Of a DNA stretch of 64,000 bases, positions 18,202-31,859 are shown in pieces. The stretch's first letter is position 1. Every line of letters begins with the position of its first letter. Under the pieces are notes generated by a model. The model did not search any database, was not told the origin of the DNA, and saw only the letters and a program-made list of their open reading frames with translations. Origin of the DNA: Pseudomonadota bacterium (GTDB lineage Bacteria; Pseudomonadota; Alphaproteobacteria; Rickettsiales; UBA1997); assembly GCA_040386195.1 (NCBI GenBank), contig JAZKFV010000012.1, positions 64,342 through 128,341 on the forward strand. Direction: 5' to 3'. The position numbers and the translations under genes were made by a program.

Positions 18202-19083
18202 TTATTTCCTAACCAAATCATGATAAGCCTGCATCAAATCTAAAGTCATTTGGCTGGCTTCTGGATAAAAATATTGATCAGCAACGGCGCCAATTCTAGT
18301 TAATTCGGCAGCGCTGCCAGTTAGAAATGCGTCTTTAGCATCGGCTAATTCTTCGGGCATAATGTGTCTTTCAACGACTTTAATTCCCATTTCTTTAGCT
18401 AATTCGATAACGGTTTGTCTGGTTAAACCATTCAAAAAACAATCTGGTTTTGGCGTGTGCAATTCACCATTTTTCATCACCAAAAATAAATTGGCGCCAG
18501 TTGCTTCGGCCAAATAGCCGCGATAATCGAGCATCAATGCGTCGTTATAGCCAGCGTTTTCAGCTTCGTGTTTGCTGATAGTGCAAATCATATAAAGTCC
18601 GGCAGCTTTGGAAGCGGTTGGTGCGCTTTCTGGGGAAGGGCGTTTGTATTTGGCGAAAGTTAATTTCAAACCAACTTTGCGCGCTTCGTCAGAATAATAA
18701 GGAGGCCAAGGCCAGCAGGCAATTGCGGTGTGAATTTTATTTCCTTGCGCTGAGATTGCCATTTTTTCAGAACCGCGCCACGCAAAGCAACGCATATAAC
18801 CATCAACAATATTTTGTTTTTTTGCAGTTTCTTTTTTTGCCGTATCTAACTGCTCAACTGAATAAGGAACTTTGAAGCCAAGCATATCAGCAGATCTATG
18901 CAAACGAGCGCTGTGATCGGTGCATTTGAAAATTTTGCCGTTATAAATTCTTTCACCTTCAAACACGCAAGAAGCATAATGCAAACCGTGATTAAGCACG
19001 TGAACTTTAGCATCTTTCCAAGGAACAAATTCGCCATTATACCAAATATAGCCGTCGCGCTGATCGAAAGGAATAATATCCAT
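18202..19083 (-). CDS. ilvE: Branched-chain amino acid aminotransferase
   Basis: 293-aa ORF of class-IV aminotransferase length. Motifs include HVLNHGLHYASCVFEGERIY and EATGANLFLV. Confidence 0.9.
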   Translation of the reverse strand: MDIIPFDQRDGYIWYNGEFVPWKDAKVHVLNHGLHYASCVFEGERIYNGKIFKCTDHSARLHRSADMLGFKVPYSVEQLDTAKKETAKKQNIVDGYMRCFAWRGSEKMAISAQGNKIHTAIACWPWPPYYSDEARKVGLKLTFAKYKRPSPESAPTASKAAGLYMICTISKHEAENAGYNDALMLDYRGYLAEATGANLFLVMKNGELHTPKPDCFLNGLTRQTVIELAKEMGIKVVERHIMPEELADAKDAFLTGSAAELTRIGAVADQYFYPEASQMTLDLMQAYHDLVRK

Positions 19084-19174
19084 AATTTTTAGTTTATTTA
19101 TTGATTGAATGTTTGTAAGTTTTGGGCGGAAATAAAAATCTATTTAAGAACCACTAATAAGTCAATAATCGCCA

Positions 19175-19672
19175 ATGAACTTTAGCCAAGAACTGCTTGA
19201 TCAAGCCCAGAAACTTGTGGATTTGGCGGTAAAATCCAACATCAAAATTGTCAGCGCTGAATCTTGCACTGGCGGGCTTATTTCATCTTTGATCACTGAA
19301 ATTTCCGGCTCATCAAAAATTTTTGAACGCGGTTTTGTGGTTTATTCTAACTTGGCAAAAGAGCAAAATCTTGGTGTTGATGCAAAAATTTTAAATCAGT
19401 TTGGAGCAGTCAGCGAGCAGGTTGCAAAGGAAATGGCAATTGGCGCGCTTAAAAATTCTGCTGCAAATTTAAGTATTGCCGCAACTGGAATTGCCGGAGA
19501 AAAATCTGACGACACCCAAAAGCCAGTTGGCTTAGTTTATATTTCTAGCTTTAATAATTTGAATCAAAAATTGATCATTAAAAAATTTAATTTTTCGGGC
19601 AATAGAGCCGAGAATAGAATTTTAACCGTTCAAAATGCTCTAACAATTTTAATGTCGCAAATCAATGATTAA
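19175..19672 (+). CDS. CinA C-terminal domain / nicotinamide-nucleotide amidohydrolase PncC-like protein
   Basis: 165-aa ORF with the characteristic VSAESCTGGLISSLITEISGSS and ATGIAGE...PVGLVYI. Confidence 0.8.
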   Translation: MNFSQELLDQAQKLVDLAVKSNIKIVSAESCTGGLISSLITEISGSSKIFERGFVVYSNLAKEQNLGVDAKILNQFGAVSEQVAKEMAIGALKNSAANLSIAATGIAGEKSDDTQKPVGLVYISSFNNLNQKLIIKKFNFSGNRAENRILTVQNALTILMSQIND

Positions 19673-20762
19673 AAAACTCTCAATTCTAACGCTAATTTTT
19701 CTATTCAGCTCTTGCTCTTTCACTAGTTTAATTATCAAAGGCAGAGGTGATTTAAAATTAAAACAAGTGAGTTTTGAAGATTTACCCGGATGGAAAAAAG
19801 ATCAACAAAATCGGGCGGTAATTTCGTTGGCTAATTCTTGTCGTCAATTTGCCAAAATGCCGGAAGACAAACAAATTGGCGGGCAAATTGGCAATATAAA
19901 TGTGGCGGATTTTCATGATGTTTGTGATATTGCTGAGGTGATTAAAGGAATGAATAACCAGCAAGCGCGCAACTTTTTTGAAAATTGGTTTGTGCCGTTT
20001 GAAGTTTCAAATCGTAGTGGCAACAATAAAGGTTTGTTCACCGGCTATTATGTTCCTGAGCTTAAAGGCAGCAAAGTTAAAACTGAAATTTATCAATATC
20101 CAATTTATGCCAAGCCAAAAAATGCTGCTGATTTAGATTTAAACAGAGAAGAAATTGAAGAAGGCGCTTTGGCAAATAAAGATTTGGAATTGCTTTATGT
20201 GGACAATCCGGTGGATTTATTTTTTATGCAAGTGCAAGGCAGCGGCAGAGTTGTTTTGGAAAATGGTGTGATTGTTCGGCTCAGTTTTGCTGGAAAAAAT
20301 AATTTACCATATTCTTCAATTGGCAAATATATTATTGAAAAAAATATTTTGGGATCGCAAAGCCCAACTTATTTCTCGATCAAAAATTGGTTAAAAAGTA
20401 ATTCTGTTGGGGCAAGACAGGTGATGAATGTAAATCAATCTTATGTCTTCTTTAAAATTTCCAACAGCGACGATGTTTTTGGATCGCAGGGCGCGCCTTT
20501 GATGGCGGAAAGATCTTTGGCGGTAGATAGTGAAATTATGCCGCTGGGTTTTCCATTGTGGCTGGATATTAATGCTTCTAGCCCTTATCAAAAATTAGTG
20601 ATTGCTCAGGATACTGGTTCGGCAATTAAAGGCGCGGTGCGTGGTGATGTATTTTTTGGGCGCGGAAAAAATGCTGAAGATTTAGCGGCGAAGATGAATT
20701 ATAAAGGAAGATATTATATTTTATTGCCAACTGCGGCGGTGGATAGAATGGTGGGAAGATAG
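19665..20762 (+). CDS. mltA: Membrane-bound lytic murein transglycosylase A
   Basis: 365-aa ORF with a lipoprotein-like leader (LIFLFSSCSF). MltA/3D-domain motifs are present: FTGYYVPEL, LFFMQVQGSGRV, LAVDSEIMPLG, and AQDTGSAIKGAVRGDVFFG. Confidence 0.85.
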   Translation: MIKKLSILTLIFLFSSCSFTSLIIKGRGDLKLKQVSFEDLPGWKKDQQNRAVISLANSCRQFAKMPEDKQIGGQIGNINVADFHDVCDIAEVIKGMNNQQARNFFENWFVPFEVSNRSGNNKGLFTGYYVPELKGSKVKTEIYQYPIYAKPKNAADLDLNREEIEEGALANKDLELLYVDNPVDLFFMQVQGSGRVVLENGVIVRLSFAGKNNLPYSSIGKYIIEKNILGSQSPTYFSIKNWLKSNSVGARQVMNVNQSYVFFKISNSDDVFGSQGAPLMAERSLAVDSEIMPLGFPLWLDINASSPYQKLVIAQDTGSAIKGAVRGDVFFGRGKNAEDLAAKMNYKGRYYILLPTAAVDRMVGR

Positions 20763-20772
20763 GCGCTTTAGA

Positions 20773-22311
20773 TTAATACATTCCATAAAGAGAAAATACT
20801 GATCCGGCGGCAAAACTTCCGCCGCTAAACTCAACTAATGTTATACTAGTTATCGCTGCAGTACTTTTCCAAGTTCCGCTCCAAGTTTCAGTAATACTTC
20901 CAGCCCCGGTGGAGTTGGAGCTGCCGGATGTTGATTTGACTGCTTTGTAAAGAGATGTTCCGTTATAGAGCGGTATTACAACTTCAAACATACTCGCATA
21001 ACTTGCCACATTTGTCCAATCGGAAATAGGAATGAAGGTATTGGTTCCATAGCCGGCAGAGGCGGTTACGTTAGTTACTCTGATATATTGCGAGATATAA
21101 TTGCCAGAGGTGGAATCACCATTAAAACGCAGCGCCGCCGTTCCACCGCTGGACATTCTTCCATAGCCAACAATTCTTAGGTGAGTAAATGTGCTGGGAA
21201 TGCTACTGAAGGTAACCGTTGAGGAGTTTCCCACCAATGTTTGAGTGCTGATGAGATCTAAGGTATTTCTGCTTACCGGACAAACAGTGCTATTGGTTGT
21301 GCAGGTGGAAATAGATGAAGCACCCCAACTTCCATAGATGCCGCAAGCTCTAATCGTTCCTCCGCCAGTGGCACAAACAGAGCAGCCATAAGAACCGTTA
21401 TTTGCCCACGAAATAGGTCCGGCTGCCGTTGCCTCAGAAGCGCTGCACATCAAGAATTGCAAACCGGCATCTCTAACCAACTGGGTTTTGGTTTTAAATA
21501 AAGTAATGTCGTCAAAATTTGCATTTGTTGAATTGGCAATAAACACTCTATCAAAACCACTGCCGGTGATAACGCAAGGAACGCAGGTATTACTATCTTC
21601 ATCACCACTACCGGAGGTGCCATTTTGAACAGTGCCAGTAGCATTATGGCCGTTAAATTTATTGGCGCCATGGCTTAGCAAAAGCACAATGCCATTTCTA
21701 TTTGATAATAAAGATGTTGATGAAGCATCTCGAATATCAATACCACCAAGATCAGTTGAGCTGGTTTGAGTGCCATTGGGCACGCCTTGAGTAATTTCAA
21801 AACCATCACTAGCGCCTATTCCAACACTTTGTTTGGTAAATCTTTTATCAACAACATAAGTGAATTTTGTTCCCCAACCATCTTCCGCCATATCCGGATC
21901 TAAGCCCAGCGCAATGATTGGCACCATTCCATAGGCTAAATTTAAGTTTGATGCATCGCTTGAATTAAAAGCCTGAGCACAAGCTCCTGTTCCAACAACT
22001 CCGCCAGCTGTGCCGGATTCTTGACCATAATTCATATTATTTGGTGTTGTTGCTGTTCCTGAGTTGTTGCCTTTTGCGATGGTTATTACAGCCGGACAAG
22101 GCAGTCTTCTATTGGTTGCTAAAAAATTAGTTAGAGCTTGATAAACAATATTCATCCGCTCTTTGGTAATTTTGGCTTTGGCATTATTAGTTGCGGTTTT
22201 AGAAATTCCTAAAGAGCCGGTAATTAAAATTGAGACGATTAGGATAACGATGGAAAGTTCAATCAAACTAAACCCTTTTTTTTCGTGGGTGTTTTTATGT
22301 TTTTTCTGCAT
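20773..22311 (-). CDS. Large prepilin-type (type IV pilin / pseudopilin-like) protein with a Cys-rich C-terminal extension, paralog 1
   Basis: 512-aa ORF. It has a class III signal, MQKKHKNTHEKKG/FSLIELSIVILIVSILI (G-1, F+1, E+5). A pseudopilin-like DGWGTKFTYVVD motif follows, then roughly 340 aa of unknown, Cys-rich sequence. Confidence 0.75.
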   Translation of the reverse strand: MQKKHKNTHEKKGFSLIELSIVILIVSILITGSLGISKTATNNAKAKITKERMNIVYQALTNFLATNRRLPCPAVITIAKGNNSGTATTPNNMNYGQESGTAGGVVGTGACAQAFNSSDASNLNLAYGMVPIIALGLDPDMAEDGWGTKFTYVVDKRFTKQSVGIGASDGFEITQGVPNGTQTSSTDLGGIDIRDASSTSLLSNRNGIVLLLSHGANKFNGHNATGTVQNGTSGSGDEDSNTCVPCVITGSGFDRVFIANSTNANFDDITLFKTKTQLVRDAGLQFLMCSASEATAAGPISWANNGSYGCSVCATGGGTIRACGIYGSWGASSISTCTTNSTVCPVSRNTLDLISTQTLVGNSSTVTFSSIPSTFTHLRIVGYGRMSSGGTAALRFNGDSTSGNYISQYIRVTNVTASAGYGTNTFIPISDWTNVASYASMFEVVIPLYNGTSLYKAVKSTSGSSNSTGAGSITETWSGTWKSTAAITSITLVEFSGGSFAAGSVFSLYGMY

Positions 22312-22415
22312 TGTTTTTAGGAGGTTTTGTTGATGAGCAAAGGCAATATTAGAGCGGAGAAATTATCTTTTTGTGGTTTTACAGTTGGGGCGAATAAATC
22401 AAAAATTAGTTGCAA

Positions 22416-23963
22416 CTAATACATTCCATAAAGAGAAAATACTGATCCGGTGGCAAAACTTCCACCGCTAAGTTCAACTAATGTAACGCTAGTTATTGCT
22501 GCGGTATTTTTCCAAGTTCCGCTCCAAGTTTCAGTAATACTTCCAGCTCCAGTGGAGTTGGAGCTGCCGGATACTGATGTGATTGCTTTGTAAAGAGATG
22601 TTCCATTATAGAGTGGTATTACAACTTCAAACATACTCGCATAACTTGCCACATTTGTCCAATCGGAAATAGGAATTGAGGTATAAGTTCCAGCTGCGCT
22701 ATAGCCGGCAGCTGCGCTTGTGTTAAATGCTCTGATAAATTGCGAGATATAATTGGCGGCGGTAGCATCGCCATTAAGACGCAGTGCCGCCGTTCCACCG
22801 CTGGACATTCTTCCATAGCCAATAATTCTTAGATGAGTAAATGTGTTAGGAATGCTACTGAAGGTAACCGTTGTGGAGTTTGCTACTAATGTTTGAGTGC
22901 TGATGAGCTCTAAGGTATTTCTGCTCACCGGACAAACAGTGCTATTGGTTGAACAGCTGGAAGTTGAAGAGGCGCCCCAACTTCCATAAGTGCCACAAGT
23001 TCTAATTGTTCCTCCGCCAGTGGCGCAAACAGAGCAGCTATAAGAGCCATTATTTGCCCATGAAATAGGCCCGGTTGCAGTTGCTTCAGTAGAGCTGCAC
23101 ATCAAAAATTGCAAGCCAGCATCTCTAACCAATTGGGTTTTGGTTTTGAATAAAGAAATGTCATCAAAATTTGGATCTGTTGAATTGGCAAGAAATATTC
23201 TGTTAAAGCTAGTAAGTCCGGAAACAGAGCAAGTATTGCAGCTATTTTCATTTTCATCAGTAACGCCAGTGCCGTTTTGTCCGGTTCCGGTGGCATTAAA
23301 ACCATTAAATTTATTAGCGCCATGACTTAGTAATAATAAAACTCCATTTCTGTTGGATAGCAATAATGTTCCTGATGGACCCTGCACATCAATTCCGGAA
23401 AGATCAGTTGAGCTGGTCTGAATGTCGTTTGGAACTCCTGGAGTAATTTCAAAACCATCACTAGCACTTATGCCAACACTTTGTTTGGTAAATCTTTTAT
23501 CAACAACATAAGTGAATTTTGTTCCCCAACCATCTTCTGCTATATCTGGATCTAAGCCCAGCGCAATGATCGGCACTGCTCCATAAACTAAATTTGGGGC
23601 GTTGGTAGATGAAACATAGCTGTAATTGCAAACTCCGGTGCCAACAGTGGCGGTTGTCACCGCGCCAGTTTCTTGACCATAAGTCATATTATTTGGTGTC
23701 GTCGTCGTTCCTGAAGTGCTGCCTTTCGCTATAGTTATTATAGCCGGACAAGGCAATCTTCTATTGGTTGCTAAAAAATTAGACAGAGCTTGATAAACCG
23801 TGCTCATCCGATCTTTAGTAATCTTAGCTTTGGAATTATTGATCGCGGTTTTAGAAATTCCCAAAGAGCCGGTAATTAAAATTGAGACGATTAGAATAAC
23901 GATGGAGAGTTCAATTAAACTAAACCCTTTTTTTTCGTGAGGCTTTTTATGTTTTTTCTGCAT
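22416..23963 (-). CDS. Large prepilin-type (type IV pilin / pseudopilin-like) protein with a Cys-rich C-terminal extension, paralog 2
   Basis: 515-aa ORF colinear with the 20773-22311 product. The leader and hydrophobic helix are nearly identical (MQKKHKKPHEKKGFSLIELSIVILIVSILI). The C-terminal roughly 100 aa are near-identical, and variable patches lie in between. Confidence 0.75.
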   Translation of the reverse strand: MQKKHKKPHEKKGFSLIELSIVILIVSILITGSLGISKTAINNSKAKITKDRMSTVYQALSNFLATNRRLPCPAIITIAKGSTSGTTTTPNNMTYGQETGAVTTATVGTGVCNYSYVSSTNAPNLVYGAVPIIALGLDPDIAEDGWGTKFTYVVDKRFTKQSVGISASDGFEITPGVPNDIQTSSTDLSGIDVQGPSGTLLLSNRNGVLLLLSHGANKFNGFNATGTGQNGTGVTDENENSCNTCSVSGLTSFNRIFLANSTDPNFDDISLFKTKTQLVRDAGLQFLMCSSTEATATGPISWANNGSYSCSVCATGGGTIRTCGTYGSWGASSTSSCSTNSTVCPVSRNTLELISTQTLVANSTTVTFSSIPNTFTHLRIIGYGRMSSGGTAALRLNGDATAANYISQFIRAFNTSAAAGYSAAGTYTSIPISDWTNVASYASMFEVVIPLYNGTSLYKAITSVSGSSNSTGAGSITETWSGTWKNTAAITSVTLVELSGGSFATGSVFSLYGMY

Positions 23964-24104
23964 TGTTTTTAGGGAGGTTTTTATTGATAAACAAAAGCAA
24001 TATACTTAGTATGGGCGACTTATTTTTAAACAAAGAAACATCACTAAACTGTGCAAAATAATCTAGTGAATTTAAACAAAATTAAAAATTTTAAGAGAGC
24101 CAAA

Positions 24105-24653
24105 ATGATCGCTACTATTTTAATTGTGGTTGCCATCTTATCAACAATTATCTGGGGGCGTTTTGTGCAAAATTCTACTAACAATTTGCCCATTCCTGAG
24201 TCAGAAAATAAAACTTATAGCGCGCCTCTGGCAATTGCTCCTAGTGATATCATCACTCAAATTGACGCTAACTTTGGCAAACCAATTTTACTTTATATTT
24301 ACACTACCTGGTGCGGGGTTTGCAAACAGCAATTTCCAATCATCAACGAAGTGGCAAGAAAATTTCAGCAAACTGATTTAAAAGTTATTGCTGTTGCCAT
24401 TGATAAAAACATCGATGCTAAAAATTTAATCAACTATTTGGAGAATTATAAAAATACTTATTTTGCTCCCGAATATTTAGTTTATAATGATGGGTTGGAA
24501 GATTTACTTAGACAAAAAAATATCAGATATAACAAAATTATTCCGCTCACGGTTTTAATTGATCGCGGCGGTGAAATTGAATTTAGATTTACGGGTTATA
24601 AAGGAGAAAATTATATCACCCGTAAAATTATGAAAACTTTGGCAAAACAATAA
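24105..24653 (+). CDS. TlpA/redoxin-like thioredoxin-fold thiol:disulfide oxidoreductase, membrane anchored
   Basis: The ORF track starts at a GTG at 24051, but the ATG at 24105 (MIATILIVVAIL, a TM anchor) is the more likely start. The active site is WCGVC in IYTTWCGVCKQQFP. Confidence 0.75.
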   Translation: MIATILIVVAILSTIIWGRFVQNSTNNLPIPESENKTYSAPLAIAPSDIITQIDANFGKPILLYIYTTWCGVCKQQFPIINEVARKFQQTDLKVIAVAIDKNIDAKNLINYLENYKNTYFAPEYLVYNDGLEDLLRQKNIRYNKIIPLTVLIDRGGEIEFRFTGYKGENYITRKIMKTLAKQ

Positions 24654-24659
24654 ATCCGA

Positions 24660-26048
24660 ATGATAAAACTATTCAACAGCCTCAACAAAGCCAAAGAAAC
24701 ATTCACTCCAATTGATGCTAGTAATGTTAAAATTTATGTTTGCGGCCCCACAGTTTATGATCGCCCCCATATTGGCAATGCTCGCAGCATCGTAATTTAT
24801 GATTTGTGGTTTCGTTTATTTTCTAGGTTATTTCCTCAAGTAACCTATATCCGCAATATCACCGATGTTGATGATAAAATTAATGCTGCTGCTTTGAATA
24901 AAAAAACTTCAATTCAAAATTTAACTGCAGAGGTTTTAAAACTTTTCTACCAAGATATTTCCGCCTTAAATGTTTTGCCACCAAGCTTTGAACCAAAAGC
25001 CACCGAGCATATTAGTGAAATGATTGTGATGATTGAAAAATTACTAAAAAATGGTCACGCTTATGAAAGTCAAAGCCACATTTTATTCGATGTTAAAAGT
25101 TATAAAAATTATGGCGAACTTTCCAATCGCTTGCTAGATGAGATGATTTCCGGTTCACGAATTGAAATTGCTAAATATAAAAAAGATCCGCTCGATTTTG
25201 TTTTGTGGAAACCAGCCGATCAAAACGACGATATTTCTTCAGTCTTTGCAAGCCCGTGGGGCAATGGTCGCCCGGGTTGGCATATTGAATGCTCGGCAAT
25301 GAGTAATAAATATTTAGGAGAAAATTTTGATATTCACGGCGGCGGCGCTGACCTACAATTTCCTCATCATGAAAATGAAATTGCTCAAAGCAAATGTGCC
25401 AATCCAAATTCTATCTACGCCAAATATTGGGTTCATAATGGTTTTTTGACAGTCAATGGTGAAAAAATGAGCAAGTCTTTGCATAATTTTTTCACCATCA
25501 AAGATTTGCTCGATAAAAATATTCCGGCAATGGCAATCAGATATTTATTGCTGGCAACTCATTATCGCAAACCGTTAGATTTTAACGATAAAGCTTTATT
25601 TGACGCCGAAAAATCAATTGAAAAATTTTACCAAATTATTGCCGATCATAAAATTCCAACCAATACTGACGCAAATAATCCTTACTTAAATAAAATTATT
25701 GAAGATTTAAGCGACGATCTGAACACGCCATTAGCTTTTAGCGTTTTGCATGAAATTGCTAAGCTCATTAAAAATTCTAAAGATGATGTGGAAAAACAAA
25801 ATCTCACTGACAATTTGATTCAATGCCTTGATTTTCTTGGTCTTTTTGACGCTAACTATTTTAAAAAAGCTGCTCAAAATGATATTGATGAGAATTATGT
25901 TTTAGAAAAAATCCAACAAAGAAAAACTGCCAAAGCGGAAAAAGATTGGGCAAAAGCTGATCAAATTAGAGCGGAATTATTAGCGAAAAATATTACTCTC
26001 GAAGATATTGCCGGCGGCGAAACCAAATGGCATTATTCAACCAAATAA
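24660..26048 (+). CDS. cysS: Cysteine--tRNA ligase
   Basis: 462-aa ORF with the HIGH motif (PHIGNARS), the KMSKS motif, and WHIECSAM. Confidence 0.95.
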   Translation: MIKLFNSLNKAKETFTPIDASNVKIYVCGPTVYDRPHIGNARSIVIYDLWFRLFSRLFPQVTYIRNITDVDDKINAAALNKKTSIQNLTAEVLKLFYQDISALNVLPPSFEPKATEHISEMIVMIEKLLKNGHAYESQSHILFDVKSYKNYGELSNRLLDEMISGSRIEIAKYKKDPLDFVLWKPADQNDDISSVFASPWGNGRPGWHIECSAMSNKYLGENFDIHGGGADLQFPHHENEIAQSKCANPNSIYAKYWVHNGFLTVNGEKMSKSLHNFFTIKDLLDKNIPAMAIRYLLLATHYRKPLDFNDKALFDAEKSIEKFYQIIADHKIPTNTDANNPYLNKIIEDLSDDLNTPLAFSVLHEIAKLIKNSKDDVEKQNLTDNLIQCLDFLGLFDANYFKKAAQNDIDENYVLEKIQQRKTAKAEKDWAKADQIRAELLAKNITLEDIAGGETKWHYSTK

Positions 26049-26629
26049 GCTTTATAGCTGATAGTTATTTCTTTGAGATTTTTAAATTGAGGATCTTCTT
26101 CAATTTTAGGATTGATGCGAAAATCCAGCGGCATTGAAGCTTGCCCGCCAACTTTTAAAGGTTGATTTTGAAAACAAATACATTCAATTCTTTCTAAATA
26201 TTTTTCCACCTCTTTAGGTTCCACATCAAAATGCGCTGCAACAATTATATTTTGTGCAGTCAGGTTTTTTGCCATATAAAAATTAGTAATATTTTTGCCA
26301 TTGAGAACAGATTCTCGTTCTTGATCGGGATAAAATTCAATATTTTGTTTGAGTTGATCAGGAATGTTAGCAACAAAATTAATTACCGTTTTTTGATTGC
26401 CATTTTTATGAAAAGAAAAAGAAGAAAATGTGATCGGGCTGCAAGTGTTTTTGAGGCGGCAGAATATGTTGTAAGGCTGAATGACAAGAAAAATTAACAA
26501 CAAAATTCCCAAAACAATATAAATAGTATTTTTAACAAATTTATCTTGAATTTGGCTGGATGTTTCTGTGGATTCTTTTTGGGTCATATTACTTAATAAT
26601 TTTATTTTCAATCGCCGATTTTTTGACAA
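26033..26629 (-). CDS. ctaG: Cytochrome c oxidase assembly protein CtaG/Cox11
   Basis: 198-aa ORF with a single TM and a Cox11-like core (...FDVEP...IECICFQNQPL...). An alternative ATG at 26587 would remove the 41-nt overlap with the upstream gene. Confidence 0.8.
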   Translation of the reverse strand: MSKNRRLKIKLLSNMTQKESTETSSQIQDKFVKNTIYIVLGILLLIFLVIQPYNIFCRLKNTCSPITFSSFSFHKNGNQKTVINFVANIPDQLKQNIEFYPDQERESVLNGKNITNFYMAKNLTAQNIIVAAHFDVEPKEVEKYLERIECICFQNQPLKVGGQASMPLDFRINPKIEEDPQFKNLKEITISYKAYLVE

Positions 26630-26873
26630 TCAAATGGTTGATGATGATGGTGATAATGATATTTAGAGTCAGTAGAATTATGGTTTTTATTCCTAAAATT
26701 ATGGTTGGCGTTTCTAAAAATAATCCGATCAATAATATTGATAAGCCATAAATATTGGCAATAAAAACTAATTTAACTGATAAAAAAACATCCTTACTGC
26801 GCATAAATCCAAAGGCGCAGAGCAAGATAATTAAAGAGCCAATAGCAGATAAAATATTTGCAATAATATCCAT
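26589..26873 (-). CDS. Probable Na+/H+ antiporter (Mrp/Mnh) subunit G
   Basis: 94-aa, 3-TM ORF. The segment LLCAFGFMRSKDVFLSVKL resembles the MnhG AIGLLR..D.Y.R.HA region. The call rests on size, topology and neighbours only. Confidence 0.5.
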   Translation of the reverse strand: MDIIANILSAIGSLIILLCAFGFMRSKDVFLSVKLVFIANIYGLSILLIGLFLETPTIILGIKTIILLTLNIIITIIINHLIVKKSAIENKIIK

Positions 26874-27118
26874 TAATTGTAGGTTTTTTTGTTCAAGAGT
26901 AAAAATAAAATTGCCGCCAACTCCAATAGAAACAATAAAAAAGCAATATCAATCGCTGACTGAAATTTATTAATTGAGTTGGTTAAAATCAGAATAATTA
27001 ATCCGTTAAAGGTAAAATAAAAACCGACAATTTTTTGATAAGAATTATTAGTGGTGATGAATTTTGCGATCACCAAAGTTAAGCCAAGCAAGATTGTGAT
27101 ATTGATGAATATAGTCAT
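26873..27118 (-). CDS. Probable Na+/H+ antiporter (Mrp/Mnh) subunit F
   Basis: 81-aa, 3-TM ORF directly upstream of the MrpG-like gene, overlapping it by 1 nt. The call is weak and based on size, topology and order. Confidence 0.45.
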   Translation of the reverse strand: MTIFINITILLGLTLVIAKFITTNNSYQKIVGFYFTFNGLIILILTNSINKFQSAIDIAFLLFLLELAAILFLLLNKKTYN

Positions 27119-27544
27119 TTATCGGCTAAATTTATTTTTAATTTCCATCATTTTCAAACAAGCCAAAACCGCAAAACCGCCTTTATTTTTTTGAGATACA
27201 TCTGCTCTTGCAATGGCTTGCGCTTCATTTTCGCAAGTGATAATTCCATAACCAATTGCTAAACCATTTTTATAGCCAAGCTCATTCAAACCTCGGGCAC
27301 TCTCGATGCAAACATAATCGTAATGAGTAGTCTCGCCGCGAATCACGCAGCCTAAAGCCACGAAACCTTGATATTTATTGGTTTTAGAAGCAAAGGCAAT
27401 GGCGGCAGGAATTTCAAAGGCGCCGAGCACATCAATAATTTCATAATTCAAATTATTTTTCTTAGCTTCCCCAATCGCTCCTTCAAGCAGCATTGCAGAA
27501 ATATGTTGGTAAAACGGTGCTTGAACAATTAGAATTTTGTGCAT
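27119..27544 (-). CDS. ribH: 6,7-dimethyl-8-ribityllumazine synthase
   Basis: 141-aa ORF with VLGAFEIPAA, ALGCVIRGETTHYDYV, and a typical lumazine synthase length. Confidence 0.9.
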   Translation of the reverse strand: MHKILIVQAPFYQHISAMLLEGAIGEAKKNNLNYEIIDVLGAFEIPAAIAFASKTNKYQGFVALGCVIRGETTHYDYVCIESARGLNELGYKNGLAIGYGIITCENEAQAIARADVSQKNKGGFAVLACLKMMEIKNKFSR

Positions 27545-27606
27545 TACATTATAAAATTGGATTGTAAAATAAACGCCCGGATAAGCTTTAAAACAACCTA
27601 TTTCAT

Positions 27607-31553
<3,947 letters not shown>

Positions 31554-31631
31554 TTTTTGCCTTGTAAAAAATATATTATGCGGATAAGTTCCTGCCTTTT
31601 AAAAACCAAGATAAACATCAGGGCAACAGTA

Positions 31632-31859
31632 ATGAAACTTCCAAAATTTTACCATAAAAAAGAAAGCAAATTTGTAATGCTAACCAGGCATTTGTCTGGG
31701 CGTTTTTTGTTCTGGAGTGCTTTTTTGTTTTTTTCGGTGATGTTTTTGGCGATGATTAGAAAAAACGATATAAAAATTCCGCAAAGAGATGTTACGGTTA
31801 AAGTCAACATCAAGGACAAAATCAATATTTGCTTACCAGATGAGCGTAATAATAAATGA
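31632..31859 (+). CDS. Small hypothetical membrane protein
   Basis: This is the inner ATG (MKLPKFYHKK...) of track ORF 31533-31859. It has one hydrophobic segment (FLFWSAFLFFSVMFLAMI) and no recognised family. Its end overlaps the xerD start. Confidence 0.3.
   Translation: MKLPKFYHKKESKFVMLTRHLSGRFLFWSAFLFFSVMFLAMIRKNDIKIPQRDVTVKVNIKDKINICLPDERNNK

Noticed and set aside
31789-31839. N-terminal extensions given by the ORF track: xerD from 31789, the small ORF from 31533, xseB from 47943, the DUF2282 gene from 42256, and the TlpA-like gene from 24051
   Set aside because: The extensions encode non-conserved, odd-composition peptides. The internal ATGs give canonical family N-termini or signal peptides and remove overlaps with upstream genes.
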